The notes beneath the pieces were generated by a model that saw only the letters and a list, made by a program, of their open reading frames with translations, searched no databases and was not told the DNA's origin. From positions 1,568,001 to 1,632,000 of the forward strand of contig OZ241993.1 of NCBI GenBank assembly GCA_965204575.1: 64,000 nt of DNA, given 5' to 3'. Shown piece by piece: positions 51,592 to 61,550 of the stretch. Every line of letters begins with the position of its first letter. Within the stretch, counting starts at the first letter, position 1. The translations under genes and the position numbers were made by a program. The stretch is from an uncultured candidatus Porisulfidus sp. (GTDB taxonomy: Bacteria > Pseudomonadota > Gammaproteobacteria > Poriferisulfidales > Poriferisulfidaceae).

Positions 51592-51675
51592 TTGCTTATT
51601 GTTGGTGTCTATTGGCAACAGTCAACCTGAATCCGGACAAATCCCCTTGCTAAAATTGTTTTCAGGCTCACATTC

Positions 51676-53091
51676 ATGACCGAAAAAATCCTTTTCCTGA
51701 CCGGGAAGCTTGCCGAGCGGAGCCTGCATCGCGTGCTGGAATCCATGCAACCGACGGACTTCGACTACGAAGTTCGCCAGGTCGGCGCGAGCGTTGCCGC
51801 GCTGATGACCCCCAAGTTGATCCAGAAACGGCTTGAACTCCCTCCAGGAATCGACCGCATCCTGCTTCCCGGCCGAGTGCGCGGGGATCTGGAACCACTG
51901 GAAGCGCAATTCGGAGTGCCGGTCGAACGGGGTCCCGATGAACTCAAGGATCTTCCCACCTATTTCGGTCGAGCCGCGATGGCGGAAGATCTGACCCGTT
52001 ACGATGTCCGGATCTTCGCCGAAATTACCGAAGCGCCAAACCTTGACCTAGACGAAATCCTGGCCGAGGCCCGCCGCTATCAGGAAGACGGTGCCGACAT
52101 CATCGATGTCGGCTGCCTGCCGGGAGTGGAATTCCCGCATCTGGCCGAAACCGTGCAAATGCTCAAGCAGGAAGATTTCGTCGTGAGTGTCGACTCGCTC
52201 GAAACGCAGGACCTACTCACCGGGGGGCAGGCCGGTGCGGACTTTCTCCTGAGCCTGAAGTCGGACAGCCTGTGGGTTGCCGACGAAGTCGAATCCGTCC
52301 CTATCCTGATCGGCGACAGCAACACAGACCTTGAGTCCCTGTACGCCTGCATTGAAAACTGTTTGGAGAAAGACCAACCGTTTATCGCCGATCCGATCCT
52401 GGATCCCGTCCATTTCGGCTGCGCCGACTCTATCGCCCGGTACGTTGAACTCCGCCGGCGCTATCCAGATATTCAGATGATGATGGGCATCGGCAACCTG
52501 ACCGAGCTGACCCATGCGGATACGGCCGGGATGAATGCTCTCCTGTTCGGCCTGATCTCCGAACTGAAAATCCAATACGCACTGACCACCCAAGTCAGCG
52601 AACACTGCCGGACTTCACTGCGTGAAGCGGATCGTGCCCGAAGAATCATGCGGGCTGCTGCGGCTCATGGAATTCCCCCAAAGGGCATCGACGACCAGTT
52701 GATGATGCTGCACGAGCGACACCCATTCCCATACAGCCCGGAGGAAATCGCCGAATTTGCCGCCCAGGTGAAAGACCCCAATTTCCGAATCCAAGTCGCC
52801 GAAGATGGCGTTCACCTGTACAATCGGGATGGTGAACTGATTCATACGGATCCGCTCGACTTCTATCCGGACCTGAACCTGGACGACGATCCCGGCCACT
52901 TGTTTTATTTGGGCATTGAACTGACACGGGCTCAGATTGCATGGCAGCTTGGCAAACGTTACGAGCAGGACGAAGATTTCCTGTGGGGATGTGCAGTGAC
53001 GGCGTCAACCAAGGATCTGTCGGCTTTCAGGGAAGTCGGCCCTACCCGCCAAAAACACAAGGACGCGATCAAACATAGGAAGGATTCCTGA
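51676..53091 (+). CDS. Dihydropteroate-synthase-like protein (DUF6513; methanopterin biosynthesis Orf20-like)
   Basis: ILFLTGKLAE, RGPDELKDLP, GADIIDVGCLP, DPILDP, GNLTELT and WQLGKRYEQDE motifs. Confidence 0.8.
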   Translation: MTEKILFLTGKLAERSLHRVLESMQPTDFDYEVRQVGASVAALMTPKLIQKRLELPPGIDRILLPGRVRGDLEPLEAQFGVPVERGPDELKDLPTYFGRAAMAEDLTRYDVRIFAEITEAPNLDLDEILAEARRYQEDGADIIDVGCLPGVEFPHLAETVQMLKQEDFVVSVDSLETQDLLTGGQAGADFLLSLKSDSLWVADEVESVPILIGDSNTDLESLYACIENCLEKDQPFIADPILDPVHFGCADSIARYVELRRRYPDIQMMMGIGNLTELTHADTAGMNALLFGLISELKIQYALTTQVSEHCRTSLREADRARRIMRAAAAHGIPPKGIDDQLMMLHERHPFPYSPEEIAEFAAQVKDPNFRIQVAEDGVHLYNRDGELIHTDPLDFYPDLNLDDDPGHLFYLGIELTRAQIAWQLGKRYEQDEDFLWGCAVTASTKDLSAFREVGPTRQKHKDAIKHRKDS

Positions 53092-53666
53092 TGCCAAAAA
53101 TCCTGGAAAGCATCGTGACGACTCGCGGTGCCGACGATCAGACGCACATCGCGCCCATGGGCGTGCACTGTGCGGATCGGAGGTTATTGCTCAAGCCATT
53201 CCGACCTTCGCAGACCTTGGAAAACCTTCAGCGAGAGGGCTGTGCGGTTGTGAATCGCCCAGGTGATGTCCGCATCTACGCCGGATGCTTGACCGGACAT
53301 TATGATTGGCCCTTGACCAGTGCCGAGATCGTTCCCTGCCAGCGATTGGCGGGCTGCCTGTCACATGCGGAAGTGGAAGTGGAAGACTTCGATGACGACC
53401 CGGTGCGCCCCACCTTCACCTGCAAGATCGTGCATGAGACGGCCCATGCCCCTTTCCAAGGCTATAACCGGGCGCAGGCGGCTGTCATCGAACTCGCCAT
53501 CCTAGTCAGCCGTCTGAATCGGCTGCCGGATGAGAAAATACGCGGCGAAATCGAATATCTTGAAATCGCAGTCGAAAAAACCGCCGGGGAGATTGAACTG
53601 GAAGCATGGAACTGGCTCATGGAACGAGTCCACAAACACTTTTCGACCAAAGAGGCCGTATCATGA
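53091..53666 (+). CDS. DUF447-family protein
   Basis: ESIVTT, HIAPMG, PFRPSQTLENL, NRAQAAVIE and IAVEKTAG motifs. Confidence 0.8.
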   Translation: MPKILESIVTTRGADDQTHIAPMGVHCADRRLLLKPFRPSQTLENLQREGCAVVNRPGDVRIYAGCLTGHYDWPLTSAEIVPCQRLAGCLSHAEVEVEDFDDDPVRPTFTCKIVHETAHAPFQGYNRAQAAVIELAILVSRLNRLPDEKIRGEIEYLEIAVEKTAGEIELEAWNWLMERVHKHFSTKEAVS

Positions 53667-54409
53667 CCCGCATTCTTGGAAGTGTGCGCAATCCCCAGGA
53701 AGCGGAACTGCTTCTTCGAACCTCAATCTCAATCCTAGACCTGAAAGATCCTGAACGCGGCGCGTTGGGCGCGGCGGATCCCGCGATCGTCCGCCAAGTC
53801 GTCAACCAGGTCGAAGGTCGGCGTCATGTGAGTGCCGCCGCTGGCTCTGCAGACGACAGAAACATAATGGACAAGGCTCACCAGCTGTCCCTGGAGGGCA
53901 TTGATTTCGTCAAAGTCGGGTTCTCCTGCGCATCGCAGCAATCTTTATTGCCCGAGCTGCGGATCGCCATCGCGACTCAGGCTCAGGCTGTCGCGGTGCT
54001 GTTCGCAGACAGTCCCGAAATCGACCCGATGCAATGGATCGAGCCCGCCCGCATGGCGGGATTTGCTGGACTGATGCTGGACACTGCCGACAAGCACTCT
54101 GGCTCGCTGGACCAGCACATGGATTTGCCCCAAGTGAAGCGCTGGACGCAAGCCACCAAAGAAGCCGGGTTGCTGTGTGGCTTGGCTGGCCGGCTGAATG
54201 CCGAATCCGCACGGTATTTCCTGCCTGCCTGCCCGGACTATCTAGGCTTCCGGGGTGCCTTGTGCAACCGTTCTACCAGAACCGAGCCGGTCTGTCTGGA
54301 AACGACCCTGAAATTGCTGGAATCCTTGCACGAACCCAAAGTCGAATTGCCGGATTTGCCATTGACTGGCGATTCACGTCTGGCACTGGCTCACGGCCGC
54401 GCCCTGTAA
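53663..54409 (+). CDS. (5-formylfuran-3-yl)methyl phosphate synthase (MfnB/DUF556-like)
   Basis: SVRN..EA, DLKDPERGALGA, FVKVG, MLDTADK, GLAGRL and PDYLGFRGALC motifs; ATG 53663 overlaps the upstream stop. Confidence 0.8.
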   Translation: MTRILGSVRNPQEAELLLRTSISILDLKDPERGALGAADPAIVRQVVNQVEGRRHVSAAAGSADDRNIMDKAHQLSLEGIDFVKVGFSCASQQSLLPELRIAIATQAQAVAVLFADSPEIDPMQWIEPARMAGFAGLMLDTADKHSGSLDQHMDLPQVKRWTQATKEAGLLCGLAGRLNAESARYFLPACPDYLGFRGALCNRSTRTEPVCLETTLKLLESLHEPKVELPDLPLTGDSRLALAHGRAL

Positions 54410-54436
54410 GTCACCCTGCAAAGCTGTCCAGCTGCG

Positions 54437-55969
54437 TTAGAGTCTCTTTGAGAATGTTAAATACTTTGATTTTTCGCGTTGATAGAAACAAAACATAAGA
54501 GTCAATAGGAAGAGCAAGACAAACGTCCACTCCCCGAACCGGACATACGGCGTTACCCCCTCTCGGGGCTGCACCTCGCCGACCAGGATCGCGGTCGCGA
54601 ATTGAGGGGCAGAAGCACGGACAGCCCCATCCGCGTCGATGATCGCGGTCACGCCCGTGCTCGCGACCCGGAGGAGTTCCCGGGCGGCCTCCGCCGCACG
54701 CAAGCGACTGGATTCCAGATGTTGCCACGGTGCCCGGCTTTCCCCGAACCATGCGTCATTGCTCACGTTCACCAAATAAGCAGCGTCTGGAAAAGCCAAA
54801 CGGGTAATTGACGGGTAGACCGATTCGTAGCAGATCGTCACGCCGACCGGGGTGCCCCGAACCTGAAGCAAGGGCCGATCCTCGGAAGGCTCTAAAGCGC
54901 GCATCCTAAAGTGAATCTGCTCATACAGCGGGCCCAGCCAATCGTCCAGCGGGGAATATTCCCCGAAAGGAACCAACCGGCGTTTCCCGTAACGTTGGCC
55001 GGTCTTGTGGTTCATCAGCCCGTTGAACGGCCCGGATTGATCCTCATTGCGATAGAACACGCCCGCAATCAAGGTCGCATCGTCACCCAGAACCTCTGCT
55101 TTCAGGTTTTCGTAAAAATCTTCTACTTGGCTGTAATACTGTGGAATGGCAGCTTCAGGCCAGATGATTAGCGGGGTTTCGGCTACCTGCTGTGTCATTT
55201 CCCAATAGGTTTCCTTGATCAAACCCCGGTTTTTCAGGCGCCAGCGCGCGTCTTGGCTCAGGTTAGGCTGAATCAGGGCGGCTTCAATGGATTCGCCGGA
55301 TGGCGTACTCCAGGAAATGAGCCAAAGGGCTTCTCCACCTCCCACTATCAGTAATGCGGCGCCCAGCCAAACCGCCCGCATGGAAAATGGCCGCCGAAGC
55401 CATGCCGCCATCCATCCTGCCGCCAGCAGGAGCATCAATCCGGTTCCATACGCGCCCAACAGCGGCAGGTAGCCCGCCCAAGGGCTGTCCAGACTGCCCT
55501 GCCCAATCAGAGCCCATGGAAATCCGGTGAGCAGTGTCCCGCGCAGCCATTCCGCCCCCGCCAGCAACACGGCCATTCCAGTCAGGCGTCTTGCACCCTT
55601 CGGTAACAAGCGTGCGGCTAATCCTGCCGCCAGCATCGGATACAGGGACAGGTAGACCACCAGAAGCGCAGAAAGTGCGAGAGACAGCCATAGCGGCGTA
55701 CTGGCGTAGTGATAGAGACTGTAGTAGACCCAGTAGACTCCGAAACCAAAATACCCCAGACCGAAGAGTCCGCCCCGCTTTATGGCCGTCGCCACCGTGC
55801 CTGAATGAAGCGTGCAGAAGAAAAGGATCAATCCGACCCAGAGCGCCGGACGAAAAGCGTATGGAGCGAATCCGAATGAAGCGACAATGCCGCCAGCCAA
55901 GGCACTGACATGGCCCCACGGCAACCTGCCAAGTCCGCGCCAAAGCCTAAGCGGACCGGACACGTTCAT
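54437..55969 (-). CDS. lnt: Apolipoprotein N-acyltransferase
   Basis: TGFPW, WPE, KRRLVPFGEY, ICYE and SNDAWFG motifs. Confidence 0.95.
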   Translation of the reverse strand: MNVSGPLRLWRGLGRLPWGHVSALAGGIVASFGFAPYAFRPALWVGLILFFCTLHSGTVATAIKRGGLFGLGYFGFGVYWVYYSLYHYASTPLWLSLALSALLVVYLSLYPMLAAGLAARLLPKGARRLTGMAVLLAGAEWLRGTLLTGFPWALIGQGSLDSPWAGYLPLLGAYGTGLMLLLAAGWMAAWLRRPFSMRAVWLGAALLIVGGGEALWLISWSTPSGESIEAALIQPNLSQDARWRLKNRGLIKETYWEMTQQVAETPLIIWPEAAIPQYYSQVEDFYENLKAEVLGDDATLIAGVFYRNEDQSGPFNGLMNHKTGQRYGKRRLVPFGEYSPLDDWLGPLYEQIHFRMRALEPSEDRPLLQVRGTPVGVTICYESVYPSITRLAFPDAAYLVNVSNDAWFGESRAPWQHLESSRLRAAEAARELLRVASTGVTAIIDADGAVRASAPQFATAILVGEVQPREGVTPYVRFGEWTFVLLFLLTLMFCFYQREKSKYLTFSKRL

Positions 55970-55970
55970 G

Positions 55971-56819
55971 TCATCCCCCGGATGGTGCCCGCGACACGTC
56001 TAGCAGGCGGATTCTCCGATCCGAGACCCTCACCACCGTAAACACGAACCTTTCGATCTCGACCTGTTCCTCGATTGCGGGAAGGTAGCCGATCTTCTTC
56101 AGCACAAGCCCTCCGATGGTTTCCTGTCCCGCCGGATCCAACGAAGACTTGAAGTGCTGGTTGAAGTCCGCGATTGGCACGGTTGCATTGACTTCGTGGT
56201 GCCCCCCTCCGACTACGCGGATCGACGGCGATTCCATTTCCCGGTCGTGTTCATCCTCGATTTCACCGACGATCTCCTCCAGGACATCTTCGATCGTCAC
56301 CAAGCCCGACGCTTCCCCATACTCATTGATCACGATGCCCATGTGGCTGCGTTTGTGCTGGAAATCCCGCAGCAGCGAACTGAGTCGTTTGCTCTCCGGA
56401 AGCGTGTGCGGTGGCAGCATCATGTCCTTGATCGAGAAATCCCGGTTCTCCGAGGCCCCTACCCGGGTTAGTACATCTTTAGCCAATAGAATTCCCTCGA
56501 CCACGCCGCGATCATCGTCAATCACCGGATAGCGGGAGTGGCCGTGCTGGATCACGCTTTCAATCACATCCTCACGCGAAGCATCAATCTGGATCACCTT
56601 CATCTCCGAACGCGGGATCATGATGTCCGAGGCCCGCAAGCGCGAAATATTGAAGGCTCCCTCAAGCATATTTCGCAGGCTTTCGCTTAACAGGTCCCTC
56701 CAATGGAATTCCCGGATCAAGGTCCGCGCTTCGTCCTGAGTCTTCGGCTGCATCCAAACCCTTCGCCACACCCAACGCCGGATGCGCGAGTCCAGGTTCT
56801 GCCAAAATTTAAGGTTCAT
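55971..56819 (-). CDS. corC: CBS/CorC-domain Mg/Co efflux protein
   Basis: IMIPRS, HSRYPV and GLVTIEDVLEEIVGEIEDE motifs. Confidence 0.92.
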   Translation of the reverse strand: MNLKFWQNLDSRIRRWVWRRVWMQPKTQDEARTLIREFHWRDLLSESLRNMLEGAFNISRLRASDIMIPRSEMKVIQIDASREDVIESVIQHGHSRYPVIDDDRGVVEGILLAKDVLTRVGASENRDFSIKDMMLPPHTLPESKRLSSLLRDFQHKRSHMGIVINEYGEASGLVTIEDVLEEIVGEIEDEHDREMESPSIRVVGGGHHEVNATVPIADFNQHFKSSLDPAGQETIGGLVLKKIGYLPAIEEQVEIERFVFTVVRVSDRRIRLLDVSRAPSGG

Positions 56820-57262
56820 CCCAGTTCGTAAGGGTTCGAATAACCCAGCCGCTCCATTACGGCGCGTTCCACTCCTTCCATGCGGGCCGCCGCCCCGGTA
56901 TCACCGTGGCCGTAACCCAGGAGATGCAGCAGTCCATGGATCGTCATGTGCGCAAATCTGGCTTCCGGCACGTGCCCGTACTGACGCGCTTCCCGGAACA
57001 CTTCCGGAGCGCAAATCACCACATCGCCCAGGCAGCCCTGTTCACGTTCGGCCTGATCCGCCTCGAAGGCCAAAACATTGGTCGCGCCTGATTTTCCGCG
57101 ATAGCGTTCATTGAGTTGCTCCATCTCCGCCTCGTCGACGACCCGGATGCATGCCGAAACCTCTGTCGGGTGATCGATGGCCTTCGCCCAGCACTGAAAC
57201 CGCTCTGCCGAAGGCACCCCGGAGGAAGAAAGGGCGTGCTGGACTTCCGCCTGAATGGCCAT
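56816..57262 (-). CDS. ybeY: rRNA maturation endoribonuclease YbeY
   Basis: LNERYRGK..TNVLAF, LGDVVIC and HGLLHLLGYGH motifs; start ATG 57262. Confidence 0.93.
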   Translation of the reverse strand: MAIQAEVQHALSSSGVPSAERFQCWAKAIDHPTEVSACIRVVDEAEMEQLNERYRGKSGATNVLAFEADQAEREQGCLGDVVICAPEVFREARQYGHVPEARFAHMTIHGLLHLLGYGHGDTGAAARMEGVERAVMERLGYSNPYELG

Positions 57263-57263
57263 A

Positions 57264-58214
57264 TTAATTCTTCCGGGAATAAGCCTTGATGACCTGCCGC
57301 ACCAATGGATGCCGTACGACATCATGCTCCGTGAAATGCACACACGCAATGCCCGGCATTCCACCGAGGAGTTCCAGGGCCTCCTCCAGCCCTGAACAGT
57401 CGCCTGACGGCAGGTCGGTCTGGGTCAAGTCGCCCGTGACCACGGTTCGCGAACCGAAGCCGAGCCGGGTCAGGAACATCTTCATCTGCCCGCGTGAGGC
57501 GTTCTGCGCCTCGTCCAGAATCACGAACGCATCTTTCAGGGTTCGCCCGCGCATGTAAGCCAGGGGTGCGATCTCGATGACATTGCTTTCCATCCGCCGC
57601 ATCATCCGGTCATGTCCCATCAGTTCGTCCAGCGCGTCGTACATCGGCCGCAAATAGGGATCGATTTTCTGTGTCAGGTCGCCGGGCAGAAATCCCAACC
57701 GCTCCCCGGTTTCCAGCACCGGGCGCACCAGGACGACTTTCTGGACGAGATCCTGTTCCAACGCGTAGATCGCCTGGGCAATCGCCAGGTAGGTCTTGCC
57801 GGTGCCTGCAGGCCCTACCCCGAAAACCAGGTCGTGATCCTGTAAGGCCGCCAGATAACTCTCCTGGTTCTCTCCATAAGCACGCAGGCGCGAATGGCGA
57901 AGCACCAGATCCTTCACCTGTCCCGATACCGCTTCCTCATCGTGCCCGGAAGTCAGCAGGAACCGGTTGACGCTGTCTTCCGAAAGTTCCGCATGTTCCG
58001 TCTGGCGGTATAGGGCCTGTAATGCCCCGGCCGCCGCCGCCACGGATGCTTCCTCGCCAAGCAGCTGGAAATCATGGCCACGGTGCTGGATTTCGACGCC
58101 GAACCGTGCCTCCAGTTGATGCAGGTGTGCGTTGAGCGGGCCGCAAAGGCTAGCCAAGCGCGGATTGTCCGCAGGCTGCAGAAGTAACTTCAGGGTGCTG
58201 GCCTGAGCGCTCAA
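57264..58214 (-). CDS. ybeZ: PhoH-family ATPase
   Basis: [26 protein letters not shown] and DEAQN motifs. Confidence 0.94.
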   Translation of the reverse strand: MSAQASTLKLLLQPADNPRLASLCGPLNAHLHQLEARFGVEIQHRGHDFQLLGEEASVAAAAGALQALYRQTEHAELSEDSVNRFLLTSGHDEEAVSGQVKDLVLRHSRLRAYGENQESYLAALQDHDLVFGVGPAGTGKTYLAIAQAIYALEQDLVQKVVLVRPVLETGERLGFLPGDLTQKIDPYLRPMYDALDELMGHDRMMRRMESNVIEIAPLAYMRGRTLKDAFVILDEAQNASRGQMKMFLTRLGFGSRTVVTGDLTQTDLPSGDCSGLEEALELLGGMPGIACVHFTEHDVVRHPLVRQVIKAYSRKN

Positions 58215-59545
58215 TTCTGTGGGGCGGACGCCCAGTCTCCACGCAGCGAATGGGCCCGCATCTCAGTCACACGGACCGGTTGAAACGTTCCGATCAGGTC
58301 ATCAGGGCCCTTGAAGTTGATGACACGGTTATCCGAGGCCCGCCCCGCCAGCTCCGTCGGGTCGCGGCGCGAAGGGCCTTCCACCAGAACTTGCTGAACC
58401 GTGTCGAGGCGGGTCTTTGCGATCTCGGCCCCCTGTGCCTCCAGTTGCTTCTGGAGCCGCGCCAAACGGGCTTTTCTTTCTTCCAGCGGCGTGTCGTTGT
58501 CCAGTTCCGCGGCCGGCGTGCCGGGGCGCGGGCTGTAGAGGAAGCTGAAGCTCTGGTCGAACCCGACTTCTTCCGCCAAGCGGCAGGTGCGGTCAAAGTC
58601 TTCTTCGGTCTCTCCGGGGAACCCGACAATGAAGTCAGAAGAAACAGATACCTCCGGACGTGCGGCCTTGAGCCTACGGATGATGGACTTGTATTCCAGT
58701 GCCGTGTAACCGCGCTTCATCGCTGCCAACACCCGATCCGAACCACTTTGAACCGGCAGGTGCACATGCGCCGCCAACTCCTCGACTTCCGCATGCGCCC
58801 GGATCAACGAGTCGGTAAATTCCCGCGGATGAGACGTGGTATATCGAACCCGTTCGAGGCCGTCAATCGCGGAAACATAACGCAGGAGGAGTGCAAAGTC
58901 GGCAGGCTCCCCGTCGTGCAGGCTGTGCCTCCAGGCGTTGACGTTCTGTCCGAGCAACGTCACCTCTCGAACGCCGCGTTCAACCAAGCCCACCACTTCC
59001 TGGATGATGCTGTCGAAGGGCCGGCTGACTTCTTCCCCGCGGGTATAGGGGACCACGCAGAATGAACAGTACTTGCTGCACCCTTCCATGATCGACACGA
59101 ATGCCGACGCGCCCTGCACCGAAGGTTCGGGCAGGCAGTCGAACTTCTCGATTTCCGGGAAACTGACGTCCACCGCATTCTCGTTCTGGCGGGCCCGCGT
59201 GATCAGGTCCGGCAAGCGATGCAGGGTCTGCGGCCCGAACACGAGGTCGACCTGCGGCGCGCGCTGGCGCAGGGCCTCCCCCTCCTGGCTGGCCACGCAA
59301 CCGCCGACGCCGATCAGCACATCGGGCCTGGATTCCTTGTGGCGGGCAAGCCGGCCCAAGCGGCTGAACACTTTCTCCTGAGCCTTCTCGCGCACCGAGC
59401 AGGTATTCAAAAGAAACAGGTCCGCCTCGGCTTCATCCGAAGTCAGGGTCATACCCAGTCGATCCTGCAGCACGTCCCGCATCCTTGCGGAATCGTACTC
59501 ATTCATCTGACACCCGTGGGTCTCGATGTAGACCTTGCCGGCCAT
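58211..59545 (-). CDS. miaB: tRNA methylthiotransferase MiaB
   Basis: [18 protein letters not shown] and CSKYCSFC motifs; TRAM domain. Confidence 0.97.
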   Translation of the reverse strand: MAGKVYIETHGCQMNEYDSARMRDVLQDRLGMTLTSDEAEADLFLLNTCSVREKAQEKVFSRLGRLARHKESRPDVLIGVGGCVASQEGEALRQRAPQVDLVFGPQTLHRLPDLITRARQNENAVDVSFPEIEKFDCLPEPSVQGASAFVSIMEGCSKYCSFCVVPYTRGEEVSRPFDSIIQEVVGLVERGVREVTLLGQNVNAWRHSLHDGEPADFALLLRYVSAIDGLERVRYTTSHPREFTDSLIRAHAEVEELAAHVHLPVQSGSDRVLAAMKRGYTALEYKSIIRRLKAARPEVSVSSDFIVGFPGETEEDFDRTCRLAEEVGFDQSFSFLYSPRPGTPAAELDNDTPLEERKARLARLQKQLEAQGAEIAKTRLDTVQQVLVEGPSRRDPTELAGRASDNRVINFKGPDDLIGTFQPVRVTEMRAHSLRGDWASAPQN

Positions 59546-59587
59546 CACTCCTTCCGCCGCCGCGGCATGGAATGCCCGCGCGGGTCT

Positions 59588-60064
59588 CTAAAACGGAATG
59601 TCGTCATCAAAGTCGGCATCATCCCCCGCCGGGGGCCCTCCCGAACCTGGACCATTGCCGCCGCTCGGCCTCGAGTTTTCCGACACATAGTTCCCCTGGC
59701 TTTCCGATGCATAGCCGCCGCTGCTGCCGCGTGCCCCCAACAACTGCATGTCGTTGGCGATCACTTCCGTGCTGTAGCGGTTATTCCCCTCCCGATCCTG
59801 CCATTTCCGGGTTCGCAGCTTGCCCTCAATATACACCTGAGATCCTTTTTTCAGGTAGCGTTCCGCTACTTCGGCCAAGCGTTTGAATAACACGATATTG
59901 TGCCATTCGGTCGTTTCCACCCGTTCATTCGTTGCGCTGTCCCGCCGCCAGTCGTTCGTAGCGATTCGCATATTGCAGACACTGGACCCGCTGTTGGTTT
60001 GGCGAAGCTCGGGATCGGCTCCCAAAGTCCCCACCAGAATCACTTTATTGACTCCTCTCGACAT
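59588..60064 (-). CDS. ssb: Single-stranded DNA-binding protein
   Basis: [13 protein letters not shown] and C-terminal DDDIPF. Confidence 0.98.
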   Translation of the reverse strand: MSRGVNKVILVGTLGADPELRQTNSGSSVCNMRIATNDWRRDSATNERVETTEWHNIVLFKRLAEVAERYLKKGSQVYIEGKLRTRKWQDREGNNRYSTEVIANDMQLLGARGSSGGYASESQGNYVSENSRPSGGNGPGSGGPPAGDDADFDDDIPF

Positions 60065-60181
60065 CGTTCATCCTCCAGACTTTCATGCTTTCGCTTCCGT
60101 GCGATAATACTTAAGCATATTTTTATTATTATTCAACGCACTACCGCTCATAACTAGAAATTTTATTACCTTGCGGTTGCC

Positions 60182-61381
60182 TTATATGCGCCGTTCCTCC
60201 GACAATTCTAGCCCATTCAGCAACAGAGCCCAAAACACGGCGAAACCCGCCAGGGTCAGGTACAGAGTTTCCGCATTCTGCCCTTCCAGGAACAACCCGG
60301 CCAGAAGCCCGCCCAGAAACGCCCCCATGAACTGGGCCGTGGAGAAGACGCCCAGCGCCATGCCCTTGAGATCCACCGGGCACAGGCGGGACACCTGGGC
60401 CGGCAGCTGAGCCTCCAAAAAGTTGAAGACAATGAAAAACACCAGCAGCACGCCGCCCAGCAACATCACTTCATGGCGCACGAAGATCAACCCCACTTCA
60501 GAGACAACCAATATCAATGCGAAAGTCCGCATCCATCCCGCGACACGGGACTGCGCCAGACGGAGAATCGGAAAGAGGAACAGTGCCGACCCGGCCAGGA
60601 CGACCAGGTAAAACATGCTGTGCTGCTCGACCGGGAGGCCGGCGAGGTCCCGCATCGCGAGCGGCAGCGACATGAAATTCGCGGTCAGCAACATATGAAT
60701 GATGGAGGCGCCCAAACTCAGGCGCAACAGCCTGGGATCCCGCAAGACCTCTCCCATGTCGCTCCACGAGCCCGCAGCTCGTTGGGATGCGGTCCGCCCT
60801 GCCGGAATCAGCACCAGCACCATAAACATAGCCAGTACGGCCAGGCCCGCCACCAATGCGAATATGCCGTCCACCCCGATCTTTCCGGCCAACAGCGGTC
60901 CGGCGATCAAGGAAATAATGAAAGTCGAGCCGATCAGCATTCCGATCATTCCCATCACCCGGGCCCGCACTTGTTCCCGGCTCAGGTCGGCCACCCATGC
61001 GGTCAAGGCCGCGGAGATCGCGCCCGCCCCCTGCAACGCGCGTCCGACGATCATCTGCTCGATGCTGGCGGCATCCGCCGCCACCAGGCTCCCCACCATG
61101 AATACCGTCAGCCCCAGCAACACGACGGCACGGCGGCCGAAGCGGTCCGACAGCCAGCCCATCGGCACCTGAAGCATCGCCTGCGTCAATCCGTAAATTC
61201 CCACCGCAATGCCCGCAAGCATTGGAGTCGAGTTTTGCAAGGTCTCCGCGTAAATGGCAAAGACCGGGAGGATGATGAACAGGCCCAGCATGCGCAGGGC
61301 GTACACTCCTCCGAGGGTGCCCACTGCTCTGTATTCCAGAGCGGTGAGGGAAGAATCAGTCAGGGGGGAATTACGGCCCAT
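60182..61381 (-). CDS. MFS transporter (YajR-like)
   Basis: LRMLGLF, SDRFGRR and GRALQGAGAI motifs; lies between ssb and uvrA; start uncertain. Confidence 0.9.
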   Translation of the reverse strand: MGRNSPLTDSSLTALEYRAVGTLGGVYALRMLGLFIILPVFAIYAETLQNSTPMLAGIAVGIYGLTQAMLQVPMGWLSDRFGRRAVVLLGLTVFMVGSLVAADAASIEQMIVGRALQGAGAISAALTAWVADLSREQVRARVMGMIGMLIGSTFIISLIAGPLLAGKIGVDGIFALVAGLAVLAMFMVLVLIPAGRTASQRAAGSWSDMGEVLRDPRLLRLSLGASIIHMLLTANFMSLPLAMRDLAGLPVEQHSMFYLVVLAGSALFLFPILRLAQSRVAGWMRTFALILVVSEVGLIFVRHEVMLLGGVLLVFFIVFNFLEAQLPAQVSRLCPVDLKGMALGVFSTAQFMGAFLGGLLAGLFLEGQNAETLYLTLAGFAVFWALLLNGLELSEERRI

Positions 61382-61550
61382 TGGTTTTCGTGGCATGCAG
61401 GCCTGATGCGGCAAGTGCATGGGCCGTTGCTATTTTATCAACAGCAACACAAACCTCGTCTTTCGAGTGCTTGGCGGTGCCCACCGGTCAGGTAGCGGGC
61501 AAGTTCGGTTCTGTCGTATAGTAGGGGGCTAACCTGACGGAAGCCTCGAC

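Noticed and set aside
50196-51630. Type V CRISPR (Cas12f-like) locus
   Set aside because: No repeat-spacer array or cas genes were seen anywhere in the window.
60065-61550. LexA boxes upstream of ssb or uvrA; AT-rich patch at 60100-60180
   Set aside because: No CTGT-N8-ACAG match was found; the AT-rich patch is explained as the ssb promoter region.
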